From: an uncultured Chloroflexia bacterium
GTDB lineage: Bacteria; Chloroflexota; Limnocylindria; Limnocylindrales; CSP1-4
Assembly (NCBI GenBank): GCA_963746845.1
Contig: CAVVCZ010000002.1
Coordinates: 96,001-160,000 of the forward strand
Reading direction: 5' to 3'
Length of the DNA: 64,000 nucleotides
A program made the translations under genes and the position numbers. Below the pieces are notes generated by a model that had not been told where the DNA came from, ran no database searches, and saw only the letters and a list, made by a program, of their open reading frames with translations. Numbering within the stretch: position 1 is the stretch's first letter; each line of letters opens with the position of its first letter. Positions 51,617-64,000 of the stretch are shown here, piece by piece.

Positions 51617-51994
51617 TCATCGACGACGACGCAGGAGCCGGTCGACCAGCCCGGACGACGCCGTCGCCCCGTCGAGGGCATCCGGCGGCGCGGCCGGGCC
51701 CGGGGCGATGGTGTCGGGCACGTCCGGGAGGCTCTCGCCACGTCCCCGCATGATCTCGGCCATCCGCATCGCGAGGTGGCTCGCCGCCGGGTTGTCCGGA
51801 TCGAGCTCGAGCGCACGTCGCGCCTCGAGGTAGGTTGTCCGCTCGTCGCCGCGCTCGAGCGCCACCCGGGCGAGCCCGACGATTGCGATCGCGTTGTTCG
51901 GGTCCGCGGCGAGCGTCTGACGGTAGAGCCGCTCCGCCTGGTCCAGCAGCCCGACGGCCATCGCCCGCTCGGCCTCGAGCATCATCTCGATCAC
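51617..51994 (-). CDS. TPR-repeat protein
   Basis: AERLYRQTLAADPNNAIA..ALELDPDNPAA; GTGA overlap. Confidence 0.8.
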   Translation of the reverse strand: MIEMMLEAERAMAVGLLDQAERLYRQTLAADPNNAIAIVGLARVALERGDERTTYLEARRALELDPDNPAASHLAMRMAEIMRGRGESLPDVPDTIAPGPAAPPDALDGATASSGLVDRLLRRRR

Positions 51995-53109
51995 GACGAG
52001 AGGGTGCCCGCCAGCGGATCCCAGTCGTCGGGCAGGGGCTCGGGTCGCGTCACCCGGCTCTCGACGGTCACGAACCCACTGGTCTGCGCCGCCTCGCCGA
52101 TCGACGTCATCACGTCGAGGACATGGTAGGCGAGGGCGCCGTCGGCACGATGCGGTCGACCGGCGCGGATCGCGCGGGCCATCTCGAGGACGCCCGTCCC
52201 GCGCCCGGACCGCTCCGTCGTCGACGCGAGCGTCGTCGCGTCCTTCATGCCCCGGTGTTGGACCCGGATCGCGCCGTCGAAGGTGTTCGGGTCGGACGAG
52301 ATCATCGTCCCGTCGGTCCCGTTGAGCTCGAGCAGCGACCGGACCTGGATCGTGTCGAACGAGAAGATCGCCTGGGCGGACGCTCCGCTCGCGAATTCGA
52401 GCAGCGCACCGACATGGCTCGGCGCGGTGACCTCGAACGGCTCGCCCTTGAGCGGCCCGGAGCCGACGACGCGCGTCGGATGCCCGGTCGAGGCGAGGGC
52501 GGCGACCCGGGCGACCGGCCCGAGCGCCTGGACGAGCGCGGTCAGGTAGTACGGCCCGAGGTCGAACAGGGGACCCGCGCCGACCTGGAACAGGAACGCG
52601 GGGTTCGGATGCCACGAGTCGGGGCCCGGCGACTGGAACAGCGCGAGCCCCGACAGCGGACGGCCGATTGCCCCCGCGTCGATCGCCCGGCGCATCGCCT
52701 GGAGGCCGTCCCCGAGGAACGTGTCCGGCGCGCAGCCCACCCGAAGACCCGCGTTCGCGGCCGCATCGAGAAGGCGGCGGCCGCTCACCCGGTCGAGTGC
52801 CAGCGGCTTCTCGTTCCAGACGTGCTTGCCGGCAGCGATGGCGGCCTCGCCGACCTGCGCGTGCGCCGCGGGGATCGTCAGGTTCACGACGATCTCGACG
52901 TCGGGGTGGCCGAGCACGACATCGACGTCCCCGGCACTCGCGACCCCGTGCTTCGCCGCCTGCGCCCGGGCGACGTCCGGAAGCCGATCGCCGATCGCGA
53001 GCACGGTCGTGTCCGGAAACGTGCCGAGGCTCACGAGGTACTCGGTGCTGATGTTGCCCGCCCCGACGACCCCGACGCCGACGGGCCCGCGCCGCGCCCG
53101 GTCAGGCAC
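51991..53109 (-). CDS. Gfo/Idh/MocA oxidoreductase
   Basis: GVVGAGNIS, GKHVWNEKP, APDTFLG, GPLFDLGPYY. Confidence 0.9.
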   Translation of the reverse strand: MPDRARRGPVGVGVVGAGNISTEYLVSLGTFPDTTVLAIGDRLPDVARAQAAKHGVASAGDVDVVLGHPDVEIVVNLTIPAAHAQVGEAAIAAGKHVWNEKPLALDRVSGRRLLDAAANAGLRVGCAPDTFLGDGLQAMRRAIDAGAIGRPLSGLALFQSPGPDSWHPNPAFLFQVGAGPLFDLGPYYLTALVQALGPVARVAALASTGHPTRVVGSGPLKGEPFEVTAPSHVGALLEFASGASAQAIFSFDTIQVRSLLELNGTDGTMISSDPNTFDGAIRVQHRGMKDATTLASTTERSGRGTGVLEMARAIRAGRPHRADGALAYHVLDVMTSIGEAAQTSGFVTVESRVTRPEPLPDDWDPLAGTLSS

Positions 53110-53849
53110 CCGCGAGCTCCAGCAGGTAGCGCCGGCTCTCCCGGACGGCTTCGAGCATGTCGCCGGCCGTGTCGTCGATCTCCACGACACGCAGCGCGGC
53201 CGGGGCGGATTCGACGATCTCGCGGATCGGCAGCCTGCCTCGGCCGACCGCGACCTGGTGGGGGCTGTCCACGGTGCCGTCTCCGTCCTTGACATGGATC
53301 GCGGTGACCCGGCCGCCGAGCCGCCCGAGCAGCGCCGGAACATCGGCGCCGCCCGCGAACGCCCAGTACGTGTCGACCTCGAGGACCACCACCGGGCTCG
53401 AGGTGATCGGCGAGGACCTCGAGGGCGTGTCGACCGTCGATCCGATTCTCCAGCTCGAAATGGTGGTTGTGGTAGCCGACGCGGAGACCGCGCGTCTGCG
53501 CCCGGTCCGCGGCGGCGTTCAGCTCGTCGGCGATGGCCCGGACGTCGTCCTCGGTCGTCCACCGGGCCGGATCCAGCCACGGCTGGACGACGGTCCCGAT
53601 CCCGAGCTCCGCGGCCGCCTCGAAGACGGGCGCCGGATCGCTCGTGATGACGTCGGCGTGGGTCGTCGGGGCGGTCAGGCCATGCCGCGGCAGCGCTCCG
53701 CGCAGACGATCGGCGTGGTCCAGGAGCTGGAACGGCTCGACCAGCCGGAAGCCCATCGCCGCGAGGGCCGCGAGCGTCGCATCAGTGTCCGCGGCGAGCG
53801 CGTCACGAACGGTGTACAGCTGGACGGACAGATCGGTCGGATCGGGCAT
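53102..53849 (-). CDS. Sugar phosphate isomerase/epimerase, TIM barrel (frameshift near 53393)
   Basis: SVQLYTVRD, GYHNHHFE; LEVDTYW, IHVKDG. Confidence 0.85.
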
Positions 53850-53909
53850 ACGTCCTCCAGCGCGGATCCGGGCGGCCGGTGGGCTCCGGCGGCGTCGCGG
53901 TGCGCGTCC

Positions 53910-55343
53910 TCATTCTCGCGGATCGGGGGCCTCGTCCGGCGGGAGGGTCGCGGGTGGCCTCGCGGGCGGATCCGCGGGCGGGCTGGCGGCCACGATCCGC
54001 GCCCGGGCGAGCAGCGTCTCCCGCGTGTTGAGGCCCGGGTCGTCCATGACCCCCTCGAAGAGCTCGCCGAGGATCCGACCGAGCTCGGGACCCTCCTCGA
54101 GGCCGAGCTCCGCGATCAGGTCGGACCCGTCGATCGCCAGTCCGGACCGATCGAGCAGCGGCCCCGCCGCGATCTCGGCGGCGACTCGCGCGCGCAGGAC
54201 CGCGAGCCCGTCGGCGTCGGCGGCCACGCCGCTCCCGATGTTGTCGGCCTCGCGCAGCGCGAACAGGTCCTCGATCGCCGCGGGTCCGATCTTCCCGAGG
54301 AACCGCCGCACCGCGCTGTCGCCCCAGCTCGGCTCGTACCGGAACATGTGCTGGCGGACGAGATGGACGACCCGGTCCGACGTCGCACGCGGCGCGTGGA
54401 GCCGCTCCAGGACACCCCGGGCGATGTCCGCCCCGACCGACTCGTGCCGGTAGAAGTGGCCGTCCACGCCGGTCGCCGGCTTGCCGATGTCGTGGAGCAG
54501 CGCGGCCAGCCGGACGTCGGGTCGATCGACCGCGGCATCGACCGTCCGGACCGTGTGATCCCAGAGGTCCTCGCCCGGGATCTTGTTCTGGGCCATCCCG
54601 CGCTGGAGCGCGAGCTCCGGGGAGATCGCGGCAAGCACGCCCGTGTCGGCGAGCAGCCGGAGACCGATCGACGGGCGCTCGGCGGCGAGGATCCGGGTCA
54701 GCTCGGCGCTGACGCGCTCCCCGGAGAGGTGGGCGACGAGCGGCGCCTTGGCCCGGATCGCGTCGAGCGTCGCCGGCTCGATCGTGAACTCGAGGGTCGT
54801 GGCGAAGCGGATCGCCCGCACGATCCGGAGGGCGTCCTCCTCGAACCGCAGACGCGGCTCCCCGACGGCCCGGATCAGGCGCGCCTCGAGGTCCGCGCGC
54901 CCGTCGTGAAGATCGACCAGGCGCCCCGGCTCGCCGGGCGGCGCGCCCCACGCGAGCGCGTTGACCGTGAAGTCGCGACGGGCCAGGTCGGCCTCGATCG
55001 CGTCCGTGAACTCGACGTGGTGCGGCCGCCGGTGGTCGGCGTAGTCGTGGTCGCTCCGGAACGTGGTGATCTCCTGGTCGGCGCCGTCGCGCCGGACCAC
55101 CACGGTCCCGAACCGGTTCTCGAAGATCGCGTCGCCGAACAGGGCGGCCGTCACCTCGGGCAGCGCCGACGTCGCGAGATCCCAGCTCGGAGACGGCCGC
55201 CGCCCGATCAGGACGTCGCGCGGACCGCCACCGACGACATACGCGGCGTGGCCCGCCGACCAGAGCGTTTCCAGGAGCGCGCGGACCGCGTCGGGCAGGG
55301 CCTCGGCGAGGATCGCGTCGTCGTCGCGGACGCCGTTGCTCAG
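53910..55343 (-). CDS. cca: CCA tRNA nucleotidyltransferase with HD domain (start uncertain: CTG 55343 or GTG 55373)
   Basis: VVGG..RD, EITTFR, DLARRDFTVNAL, EDALRIVRA.RF, SGERV, LLHDIGKP. Confidence 0.88.
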   Translation of the reverse strand: MSNGVRDDDAILAEALPDAVRALLETLWSAGHAAYVVGGGPRDVLIGRRPSPSWDLATSALPEVTAALFGDAIFENRFGTVVVRRDGADQEITTFRSDHDYADHRRPHHVEFTDAIEADLARRDFTVNALAWGAPPGEPGRLVDLHDGRADLEARLIRAVGEPRLRFEEDALRIVRAIRFATTLEFTIEPATLDAIRAKAPLVAHLSGERVSAELTRILAAERPSIGLRLLADTGVLAAISPELALQRGMAQNKIPGEDLWDHTVRTVDAAVDRPDVRLAALLHDIGKPATGVDGHFYRHESVGADIARGVLERLHAPRATSDRVVHLVRQHMFRYEPSWGDSAVRRFLGKIGPAAIEDLFALREADNIGSGVAADADGLAVLRARVAAEIAAGPLLDRSGLAIDGSDLIAELGLEEGPELGRILGELFEGVMDDPGLNTRETLLARARIVAASPPADPPARPPATLPPDEAPDPRE

Positions 55344-55855
55344 TTGCGACCCAGGAACAGGTACGTCCGCCACGCCTCGTTCCGCTCGTCGGCGAGGTAC
55401 GGCGTGAACATCGAGTAGATGTCGCTGCGCGGCTCGAAGGGAGCTCGGTGGAGCCGGAACCGCGCCTCCTCGACGGTCTTGCCGCCCTTCCGGTGATTGC
55501 AGGCCTTGCAGGCGGTGACGAGGTTCTCCCACGTGTGCCCCCCGCCGCGATGGCGCGGGACGATGTGGTCGAGCGTCAGGTCGTGGCTCTGGCGGCCGCA
55601 GTACTGGCAGGTGTGCCGGTCGCGGGCGAAGATCTCGCGCCGGCTCAGCTTGACCCGCGGCCGTGGCCGCCGGACCTGGTACTGGAGCCGGATCACGGAC
55701 GGCGCGTGGTACTCGGTCCGCGGAGTCCGGATGACCTGGTGGTCGTACTCGATGATCTCGGCCTTCTCGCCGAAGACGAGCCGGAACGCGCGCGGCAGGT
55801 TGCACACGTTCAACGGCTCGTAGTTCTGGTTCAGCACGAGCACGACACCGTACAT
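55340..55855 (-). CDS. HNH endonuclease
   Basis: VLVLNQNYEPL, RDRHTCQYCG, TLDHIVPR.RGG.HTWENLVTAC..CN..KG. Confidence 0.9.
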   Translation of the reverse strand: MYGVVLVLNQNYEPLNVCNLPRAFRLVFGEKAEIIEYDHQVIRTPRTEYHAPSVIRLQYQVRRPRPRVKLSRREIFARDRHTCQYCGRQSHDLTLDHIVPRHRGGGHTWENLVTACKACNHRKGGKTVEEARFRLHRAPFEPRSDIYSMFTPYLADERNEAWRTYLFLGRN

Positions 55856-55899
55856 CTCGTCGCGCACGATACCAAGAACGGCCGATCGTGCTGCGCCGC

Positions 55900-56826
55900 T
55901 CAACCGCGGCCGGTCGCGGCTCCCGTGGAGGCGTCCCAGCCACCGGCCTGACCGACCTTGGTCGCCAGCGGCCTGCCGAGCGCCTGGGCGATGAACCGCG
56001 CGGCGTGCAGGACACCCCCGAGGTCCGCGCCGTGCTCGAGCCCGATCGCGTCGAGGAGGTACACGAGGTCCTCGGTCGCGAGGTTGCCTGCGGCGCCCGG
56101 CGCGTACGGGCAGCCGCCCGTGCCCCCGGTCGACGCGTCGAAGCAGCGGACGCCGGCGGACAGCCCGGCGGCGACGTTGGCGAGCGCGGTGCCGCGGGTG
56201 TCGTGGAAGTGGAAGGCGATCTGCTCGAGCGGGATCCCGGCGTCGGTGGCTCGGGCGACGATCTCGCGGACCCCCGGCGGCACCCCGACGCCGATCGTGT
56301 CGCCGAAGCAGACCTCGTCGAGCCCGAGGGCCAGGAGGCGGATCGCGACGCCGACGGCCTGTTCTGCGGACACCGCGCCGGAGTACGGACACCCGAAGGC
56401 GGTCGAGACATAGCCGCGCCGCCACCAGCCGAGCTCGCCGGCACGGGCGAGGACCGGATCGAACGCCGCCAGCGACTCGTCGATCGTCATCCGGATGTTC
56501 CGTGTCGTGAAGGCGTCGGTCGCGGCGGTGAAGACGGCGATCGCGTCGACGTTCGCCGCCTCCGCGCGGGCGAGACCGCGGACGTTCGGGACGAGAACGG
56601 GATACCGGACGCCGGGTCGCCGGGGGAGGGTCGACATCAGCTCGTCGGCGTCGGCGAGCTGGGGGATCGCGTTCGGCGCGACGAACGACGTCGCCTCGAT
56701 CTCATGGAGGCCCGCGTCGGCGAGCAGCTCGAGGTAGCGGAGCTTGGTCGCGAGCGGGATCGGTAGTGCTTCGTTCTGGAGACCGTCGCGCGGCCCGACC
56801 TCGTAGATCCGGACGCGATCGGTCAC
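55900..56826 (-). CDS. hmgL: Hydroxymethylglutaryl-CoA lyase
   Basis: EVGPRDGLQNE, GDTIG, HFHDTRG, GGCPYAPGAAGNLATED. Confidence 0.93.
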   Translation of the reverse strand: MTDRVRIYEVGPRDGLQNEALPIPLATKLRYLELLADAGLHEIEATSFVAPNAIPQLADADELMSTLPRRPGVRYPVLVPNVRGLARAEAANVDAIAVFTAATDAFTTRNIRMTIDESLAAFDPVLARAGELGWWRRGYVSTAFGCPYSGAVSAEQAVGVAIRLLALGLDEVCFGDTIGVGVPPGVREIVARATDAGIPLEQIAFHFHDTRGTALANVAAGLSAGVRCFDASTGGTGGCPYAPGAAGNLATEDLVYLLDAIGLEHGADLGGVLHAARFIAQALGRPLATKVGQAGGWDASTGAATGRG

Positions 56827-56836
56827 CGGGTCGGGG

Positions 56837-57112
56837 TCAGCCGCGAGGCGGGACGGCCGAGCGATCGACGTCGGCGATCCGGATCTCGATCCGCGCGAGC
56901 TCGTCGACCGCCGCACGGTAGGCCTCGCTGCCGAGCGCCGCCGCCGCCCGGCGGGCGCGAGCCTCGGCGTGGAGGGCGATCAGCTTGTCGCGGTCCGGCG
57001 GGAGGCTCTTGTCGATGCGCGCCGGCCGCCCATGAGCGCCGGCCGCGTGGTGCTCGCCGTCCATGCCGTGTCCGCCGTCGGTTGCGGCCTTCGCCTGCTT
57101 GTCCTTGGCCAA
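56837..57112 (-). CDS. Small hypothetical protein with His/Gly-rich N-terminus
   Basis: AGGAGGG RBS then TTG; helical C-terminus. Confidence 0.55.
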   Translation of the reverse strand: MAKDKQAKAATDGGHGMDGEHHAAGAHGRPARIDKSLPPDRDKLIALHAEARARRAAAALGSEAYRAAVDELARIEIRIADVDRSAVPPRG

Positions 57113-57150
57113 TCCAGCCCTCCTGTCCCGACAGCGTAGCGCAGCGCGGG

Positions 57151-59151
<2,001 letters not shown>

Positions 59152-59301
59152 GGCTGACGCGATTGTCGCGTCCGGTGGTGAAGGGCGCAAGATGCGGCGC
59201 CGAAAGCGAACCTGGCCGTCAGGCTCCTCGACGGTGAGGATCACCCGAAACGCGACAAACGCGACGGCGGCGCCGATCTGGATCGCGCGCAGCGACCCTG
59301 C

Positions 59302-60066
59302 TCACCACCAGCCGAGCATCAGGACGATCAGCAAGGCGATCCCGACGACGATCGGAGCGAGTAGCTCCTGGGCGGCGGTCAACACCAGCACACGAACCGG
59401 GACGTCCGCCGGGCCGATCCCACGACTGGCGACCGCGAAGGCGTGGCGCCACGGACGACCGTGGGTGCTGTCGACCCAGGCGGTCGACCAGGCGAGGGAG
59501 AGCCGGTGGTACCGCTGGGCCTCCGCCGGCAACACCTCGATCGCGGCCAGGGCCGCCCGCGGATCGACGCTCCCGGTCTCGATGCCGTCGACCGCCGCCA
59601 GCATCCGGGCCACGCGCGCGGCGTCCTCGGGGTCGTCGCGCGGCGCGGCTTCGATGAGCGATCGCGCCTCGCTGACCCGACCCGCCATGAGCTCGACAGC
59701 GGCCCTCGTGAGCGGTGACGCGGTCTCGTCGGATCGAGCGAGCCAGCGGTCCGCGCCGGCCGGCGTCCGGGGCAGGTCGGCCTGGCGACGCCGTTGCTCG
59801 GTTCCCAGCCATGCCATCCCGAGTCGGATCCGCCAGCCGTCGGCGTCCACCAGCGACGGCACGGTGACCGCGATGAGGATGACCAGGAAGACGGCGGCGG
59901 GGCTGATCGCCTGCGCCGCGGTCAGGACCACCCCGACGGCGCCACCGACGACGAACCCTGCGAGCACCCAGGCGGTAGGAGGTCCCGCGTCGCGGACGAG
60001 CCGCCGGGCGGGAGGCGGCGCGAGGCGCCGCGGCAGGGCCCATCCTCGGGCCGAGTCGTCAGGCAT
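59302..60066 (-). CDS. Hypothetical membrane protein
   Basis: Two N-terminal TMs, helical middle, C-terminal TM; overlaps the upstream stop. Confidence 0.65.
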   Translation of the reverse strand: MPDDSARGWALPRRLAPPPARRLVRDAGPPTAWVLAGFVVGGAVGVVLTAAQAISPAAVFLVILIAVTVPSLVDADGWRIRLGMAWLGTEQRRRQADLPRTPAGADRWLARSDETASPLTRAAVELMAGRVSEARSLIEAAPRDDPEDAARVARMLAAVDGIETGSVDPRAALAAIEVLPAEAQRYHRLSLAWSTAWVDSTHGRPWRHAFAVASRGIGPADVPVRVLVLTAAQELLAPIVVGIALLIVLMLGWW

Positions 60067-60868
60067 CCGGATCGGGGGCCCAGGCCGGCCGGCGCTTCTC
60101 GACGAACGCGCGGAAGCCTTCCTGCGCCTCCTCCGAGACCCGCTGCCGGGCGATCACCCGGGCCGTGTGCCACTTCGCCGACCCGTGCCCGAGCCCGTGC
60201 ACCTCGCGGACGATCGCCTTCGCCGCCCGGACGGCCGTCGGGCCCGAGGCCAGGATGTCGCCGATCGCTGCGTCGACCGCGGCGTCGAGCGCTTCCTCGC
60301 CCTCGACGACCTCGTGGACGAGCCCGATCCGCTGCGCCCGGATCGCGTCGAACCGGCGGCCGCCGGGGAACAGGGCCCGGGCATGCGTCTCGCCGATCCG
60401 GGCGACGACGAACGGCGAGATGACCGCGGGCAGGATCCCGAGCCGCGTCTCGGTGAAGCCGAACTTCGCACCAGCTTCGGCGATCACGAGGTCCGCGACC
60501 GCGCACAGGCCCGCGCCGCCGCCGAGCGCGCCGCCGTGCACGCGGGCGATCACCGGCACCGGGCAGGTGTCGATCCCCTCGAGCATGTCGGCCATCGCCA
60601 TCGCGTCCTGCTCGTTCGCCTCGAGGTCGAGCTGGATCGCGGCCCGCATCCAGTCGATGTCGGCGCCGGCACAGAAGGTCGGCCCGTCGCCGGCGATGAC
60701 GACGACCCGGAGCTCGGTCGGGCCCTCGCGCGCCAGGGCGGCGAAGGCCTGACGGAGGTCCGCGATGAGCGACGCATTGAAGGCGTTGTGGGCCTCCGGC
60801 CGGGTGAGGACGACCCGGGCGACGGCATCGTTCGGCCCCGTCCGCTCGATCCGCAGCAGGTCGCTCAC
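60059..60868 (-). CDS. Enoyl-CoA hydratase (methylglutaconyl-CoA hydratase-like)
   Basis: RPEAHNAF, FCAGADI, ALGGGAGL, TETRLGILPAVISP. Confidence 0.9.
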   Translation of the reverse strand: MSDLLRIERTGPNDAVARVVLTRPEAHNAFNASLIADLRQAFAALAREGPTELRVVVIAGDGPTFCAGADIDWMRAAIQLDLEANEQDAMAMADMLEGIDTCPVPVIARVHGGALGGGAGLCAVADLVIAEAGAKFGFTETRLGILPAVISPFVVARIGETHARALFPGGRRFDAIRAQRIGLVHEVVEGEEALDAAVDAAIGDILASGPTAVRAAKAIVREVHGLGHGSAKWHTARVIARQRVSEEAQEGFRAFVEKRRPAWAPDPDA

Positions 60869-62190
60869 GCGGGGATCGTAGCCGGGTCGGCGGGCGACGA
60901 ATCGCCATCGAGGCGGAACCGGCCGCGCGCCCAGATCCGCCGAAGGCCGAGTGCCTCGAGGTTCGTCGCCGAGACGGTGTCGAGGTCGGCGGTGGCCATG
61001 ACCTGGTGCGCGCCGCCGTCCGCAGCACGCCGGATCCGGTCCGCGATCATCGCCCGCTGCACGCCCCGACCGCGCGCCTCGGGGAGCACCGTGCCGCCCC
61101 CGAGCCACCCGACCCGGCGCCGCGTGAACAGCGCCGACACCCCGACGTCGACGCCGTCGAGCGACGCGATGAACTCGTGCTCGCCCCGGGCCGCGGCCAG
61201 ATGCCGGTTCAGCCGGCGCATGGCGTCGGCCTCATGGCCCTCGAGCCCGAAGCCCGCGATGGTCAGCTCCGCCCAGCGGTCGACATCCGCACGATCCGTC
61301 GGGTCGACCGCCCGGATCGCCAGGCCATCCGGGCACGCGAAGGCCGCGGCCCTCGCCAGGGCGGCGTCGATCCCCGCGACGTGGACCCCACCGACCGCGT
61401 CCGCCACCGCGCCGGGCCAGGGTGGGTCGTCGGCATCGGCGAGCACCCAGCCGTCCGTGCCAGCGTCCGCGAAGAACGCTCGGATCTCCGGCAGGACGAT
61501 CGGGATCTGGTCGATCCCGAAGGCCCGGTTGAAATCGTCGCCGGGCAGGTCCGGCGCGGCCGCGGCCGCGAGATCTCCATGGTCGACGATCCGGATCTCC
61601 TCGCCCGCCGCGGCCGCCGCCCGCCAGACCGTCAGCCACGCCTCGCGATCGATGTGGTCGAGCAGGTCGAGCTCGCGCCGCAGGCCGGCTCGGGAGTCCG
61701 GTGTCGGCGGCAGCACCCGAATGGCGTCACCTTCTCGGACGGTTCCCGCGGTGACGACCCGGGCATACATTCGCGAGTCCATCGGGTGGAGGAGGATCGA
61801 GATCCGCCCGGACTTGCCCCTGACGAACACGTCCCGGATCACGTCACACGGGTTGGCGGGCGACGAGAGCTCGAGGAGGACCTCGTCGCCGATCGCCAGG
61901 CGCGTCCCGACCGGCAACACGGACAGCTCGATGCCGACCGTCGTCAGGTTCTCGCCGACGGCGCCCGGCTCGATCCGGTGCCCGTCGGCCGCGACGCGCT
62001 CGATCGCCTCGAGGGCGAGGAGGCAGACGGCCCGGTGCGGACCCCCGTGGGACCGGTAGTGGTCGTGCGCGTCGCCGACGAGGCCCATCCGCTCGATCCG
62101 CGCCTCGGCCACAGCGAGCTTCGGGACGCCACCGGGCGAGATGTTGACCTGGTGGACGCGCCCGTCGGCCGCGGTGCTCGCGTCCATCAC
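60865..62190 (-). CDS. MOSC domain-GNAT fusion protein
   Basis: [30 protein letters not shown]; then [15 protein letters not shown]. Confidence 0.8.
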   Translation of the reverse strand: MMDASTAADGRVHQVNISPGGVPKLAVAEARIERMGLVGDAHDHYRSHGGPHRAVCLLALEAIERVAADGHRIEPGAVGENLTTVGIELSVLPVGTRLAIGDEVLLELSSPANPCDVIRDVFVRGKSGRISILLHPMDSRMYARVVTAGTVREGDAIRVLPPTPDSRAGLRRELDLLDHIDREAWLTVWRAAAAAGEEIRIVDHGDLAAAAAPDLPGDDFNRAFGIDQIPIVLPEIRAFFADAGTDGWVLADADDPPWPGAVADAVGGVHVAGIDAALARAAAFACPDGLAIRAVDPTDRADVDRWAELTIAGFGLEGHEADAMRRLNRHLAAARGEHEFIASLDGVDVGVSALFTRRRVGWLGGGTVLPEARGRGVQRAMIADRIRRAADGGAHQVMATADLDTVSATNLEALGLRRIWARGRFRLDGDSSPADPATIPA

Positions 62191-63803
62191 ATCCGGAACA
62201 CGCCGAAGCGCGTGTCGGGGATCGGGGCGTGGAGTGCGGCCGCGATCCCGAGCGAGAGGATGCGCCGCGTATCCAGCGGGTCGATCACCCCGTCGTCCCA
62301 GAGCCGCGCCGTCGCGAAGTACGGCGAGCCCTCGCGCTCGTAGGTCTCGAGGATCGGCGCCTCGAACGCGTCGCGCGCCGCGTCGTCGCCGAACGGGCCG
62401 CCGACGGTCGAGAGCACCCGCGCGGCCTGCTGCCCGCCCATCACGGAGATCCGGCTGTTCGGCCAGGTCCACAGGAACCGGGGCCCGTACGCCCGCCCGG
62501 CCATCGCGTAGTTCCCGGCCCCGAAGCTCCCGCCGATGAGGATCGTGAACTTCGGGACCTCGGCGCACGCGACCGCGGTCACCATCTTCGCGCCGTCCTT
62601 CGCGATCCCGCCGGCCTCGTATTCGCGGCCGACCATGAACCCGGTGATGTTCTGGAGGAACACGAGCGGGATCTTCCGCTGGGCGCACAGCTCGACGAAG
62701 TGGGCGCCCTTCAGCGCGGACTGGCTGAACAGGATCCCGTCGTTGGCGACGATCCCGACGGGCCAGCCGTCGACGTGAGCGAAGCCGGTGACGAGGGTTT
62801 CGCCGTAGCGCGGCTTGAAGTCGTGGAACCGGCTCCCGTCGACGAGGCGGGCGATGATCTCGCGAACCTCGACGGGGCGGCGCGGGTCGGCGGACACGGC
62901 AGCGTACAGGTCGGCGGCCTCGGCGGAGCCGCAGGGATCGACCGCCGGCTCCTCGGGCGGCCGGCGGTCCCACGGCGGCGCCGGTGGCTTGCGGTTGAGG
63001 TTCGCGACGATCGACCGGCCGAGCGCGATCGCATGCTCGTCGTCGAGCGCGAGGTGGTCGGCGACACCGGAGACCGCGGTGTGGACGTCGCCCCCACCGA
63101 GATCCTCCGCGCTGACCTCCTCGCCGGTCGCGGCCTTCACGAGCGGCGGACCACCCAGGAAGATCGTGCCGGTCCCCTTCACGATCACGGTCTCGTCGCT
63201 CATCGCCGGGACGTAGGCGCCGCCCGCGGTCGACGAGCCCATGACCAGCGCGATCTGGGGGATCCCGGCGGACGACATCCGGGCCTGGTTGAAGAAGATC
63301 CGCCCGAAGTGCTCGCGATCCGGGAAGACGTCGGCCTGGAGCGGAAGGAACGCGCCGCCGCTGTCGACCAGATACACGCATGGCAGCTGGTTCTCGAGCG
63401 CGATCTCCTGTGCCCGGAGGTGCTTCTTGACCGTCATCGGGTAGTAGGTGCCGCCCTTGACGGTCGCGTCGTTGGCGACGACGACGACCGTCGTGCCTTC
63501 GACCGTCCCGATCCCGGTGACGATCCCGGCGCTCGGGGCGTCGTCGTCGTACAGGCCGGTCGCGGCGAGCGGGCTCAGCTCGAGGAACGGCGAACCCGGG
63601 TCCAGCAGGCGGTCGATCCGTTCGCGGACCGGCAGCTTGCCGCGCTCGCGATGGCGGGCGATCGAGCGGTCATCGCCGCCCGCGCCGCGCCCGGCGACGG
63701 CGGTCTGGCGGTCGCGCAGCTCCGCGACGAGGGCGGCCATCGCGTCGTGGTTGGTGCGCGCCTCCGGGCTCGTCGGGTCGAGGCGGCTCCGAAGCACGGG
63801 CAT
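62187..63803 (-). CDS. Methylcrotonyl-CoA carboxylase beta (carboxyltransferase) subunit
   Basis: [56 protein letters not shown]. Confidence 0.93.
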   Translation of the reverse strand: MPVLRSRLDPTSPEARTNHDAMAALVAELRDRQTAVAGRGAGGDDRSIARHRERGKLPVRERIDRLLDPGSPFLELSPLAATGLYDDDAPSAGIVTGIGTVEGTTVVVVANDATVKGGTYYPMTVKKHLRAQEIALENQLPCVYLVDSGGAFLPLQADVFPDREHFGRIFFNQARMSSAGIPQIALVMGSSTAGGAYVPAMSDETVIVKGTGTIFLGGPPLVKAATGEEVSAEDLGGGDVHTAVSGVADHLALDDEHAIALGRSIVANLNRKPPAPPWDRRPPEEPAVDPCGSAEAADLYAAVSADPRRPVEVREIIARLVDGSRFHDFKPRYGETLVTGFAHVDGWPVGIVANDGILFSQSALKGAHFVELCAQRKIPLVFLQNITGFMVGREYEAGGIAKDGAKMVTAVACAEVPKFTILIGGSFGAGNYAMAGRAYGPRFLWTWPNSRISVMGGQQAARVLSTVGGPFGDDAARDAFEAPILETYEREGSPYFATARLWDDGVIDPLDTRRILSLGIAAALHAPIPDTRFGVFRM

Positions 63804-63855
63804 GCCGGCAAGGATAGGTCGGAACCGGATCGGCCCGGTCGCCGTCAGCGCGGTC

Positions 63856-64000
63856 ATGCGTCGCCTGCCCGCGCACGTCCTGCTTGCCGCTGCCGTCCTC
63901 GCCGGCTGCTCGTCCGATCCCGTTCGACCGAGTGGACCGGCCTCGGTTCCGCCGGCTGTCGTCACCTCATCGGCGTCACCGACGAGTCCGATCGCGGAGC
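63856..64000 (+). CDS. Lipoprotein, 5' part (runs off edge)
   Basis: [20 protein letters not shown] lipobox followed by a Pro/Ser linker. Confidence 0.6.
   Translation, partial: MRRLPAHVLLAAAVLAGCSSDPVRPSGPASVPPAVVTSSASPTSPIAE

Noticed and set aside
10948-53849. Single frameshifts in the ABC ATPase, FAD oxidoreductase, DUF1365, GH130, kinase, nth, isomerase and others, as pseudogenes or programmed frameshifts
   Set aside because: Scattered over unrelated genes with no in-frame stops or slippery motifs, which is typical of long-read indel error
55340-55855. HNH gene as a homing, mobile or defence element
   Set aside because: Ordinary standalone family in a housekeeping context; no intron, methylase or repeats

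Overview
Very GC-rich (about 70% by eye), gene-dense bacterial DNA. Gene content and style suggest Chloroflexota (Limnocylindria-like) or an Actinomycetota relative; this is inference only. At least 15 genes are broken by 1-2 nt frameshifts, most likely long-read consensus errors. I found no rRNA, tRNA, CRISPR array, transposase or integrase. Contents in order: a partial ECF sigma; orphan ParA plus a membrane-anchored degenerate GGDEF; corA; SRPBCC-ArsR-DUF899 with a twin operator; an ECF sigma/Kelch-propeller/lipoprotein operon; EXLDI-ABC exporter; an XRE regulator whose 32-bp operator recurs 11.6 kb away; a CarH-type B12 photoreceptor divergent from an SDR-SRPBCC-FAD oxidoreductase-DUF1365-cfa operon (furan-fatty-acid-like); GT4/accessory/GH130 genes behind a cold-shock gene; a second ECF/Kelch pair. 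Next comes a 12.5-kb locus of three TadE-TadE-TadG minor-pilin cassettes with a two-component system, a shared TTGCA repeat upstream of each cassette, and two cassettes forming inverted paralogs. Then nth; a glucosylglycerate-type cluster (glycerate kinase, GNAT, USP-GpgS fusion, GT2); a catalytically dead ligase-like protein; MFS; galE; sugar oxidoreductase/isomerase; CCA enzyme; HNH; and a leucine-catabolism (liu-like) cluster whose biotin carboxylase is fused to a DNA-binding HTH. Best candidates for new biology: the multi-cassette Tad tip locus, CarH-controlled lipid modification, the HTH-carboxylase fusion and the ECF/Kelch pairs.
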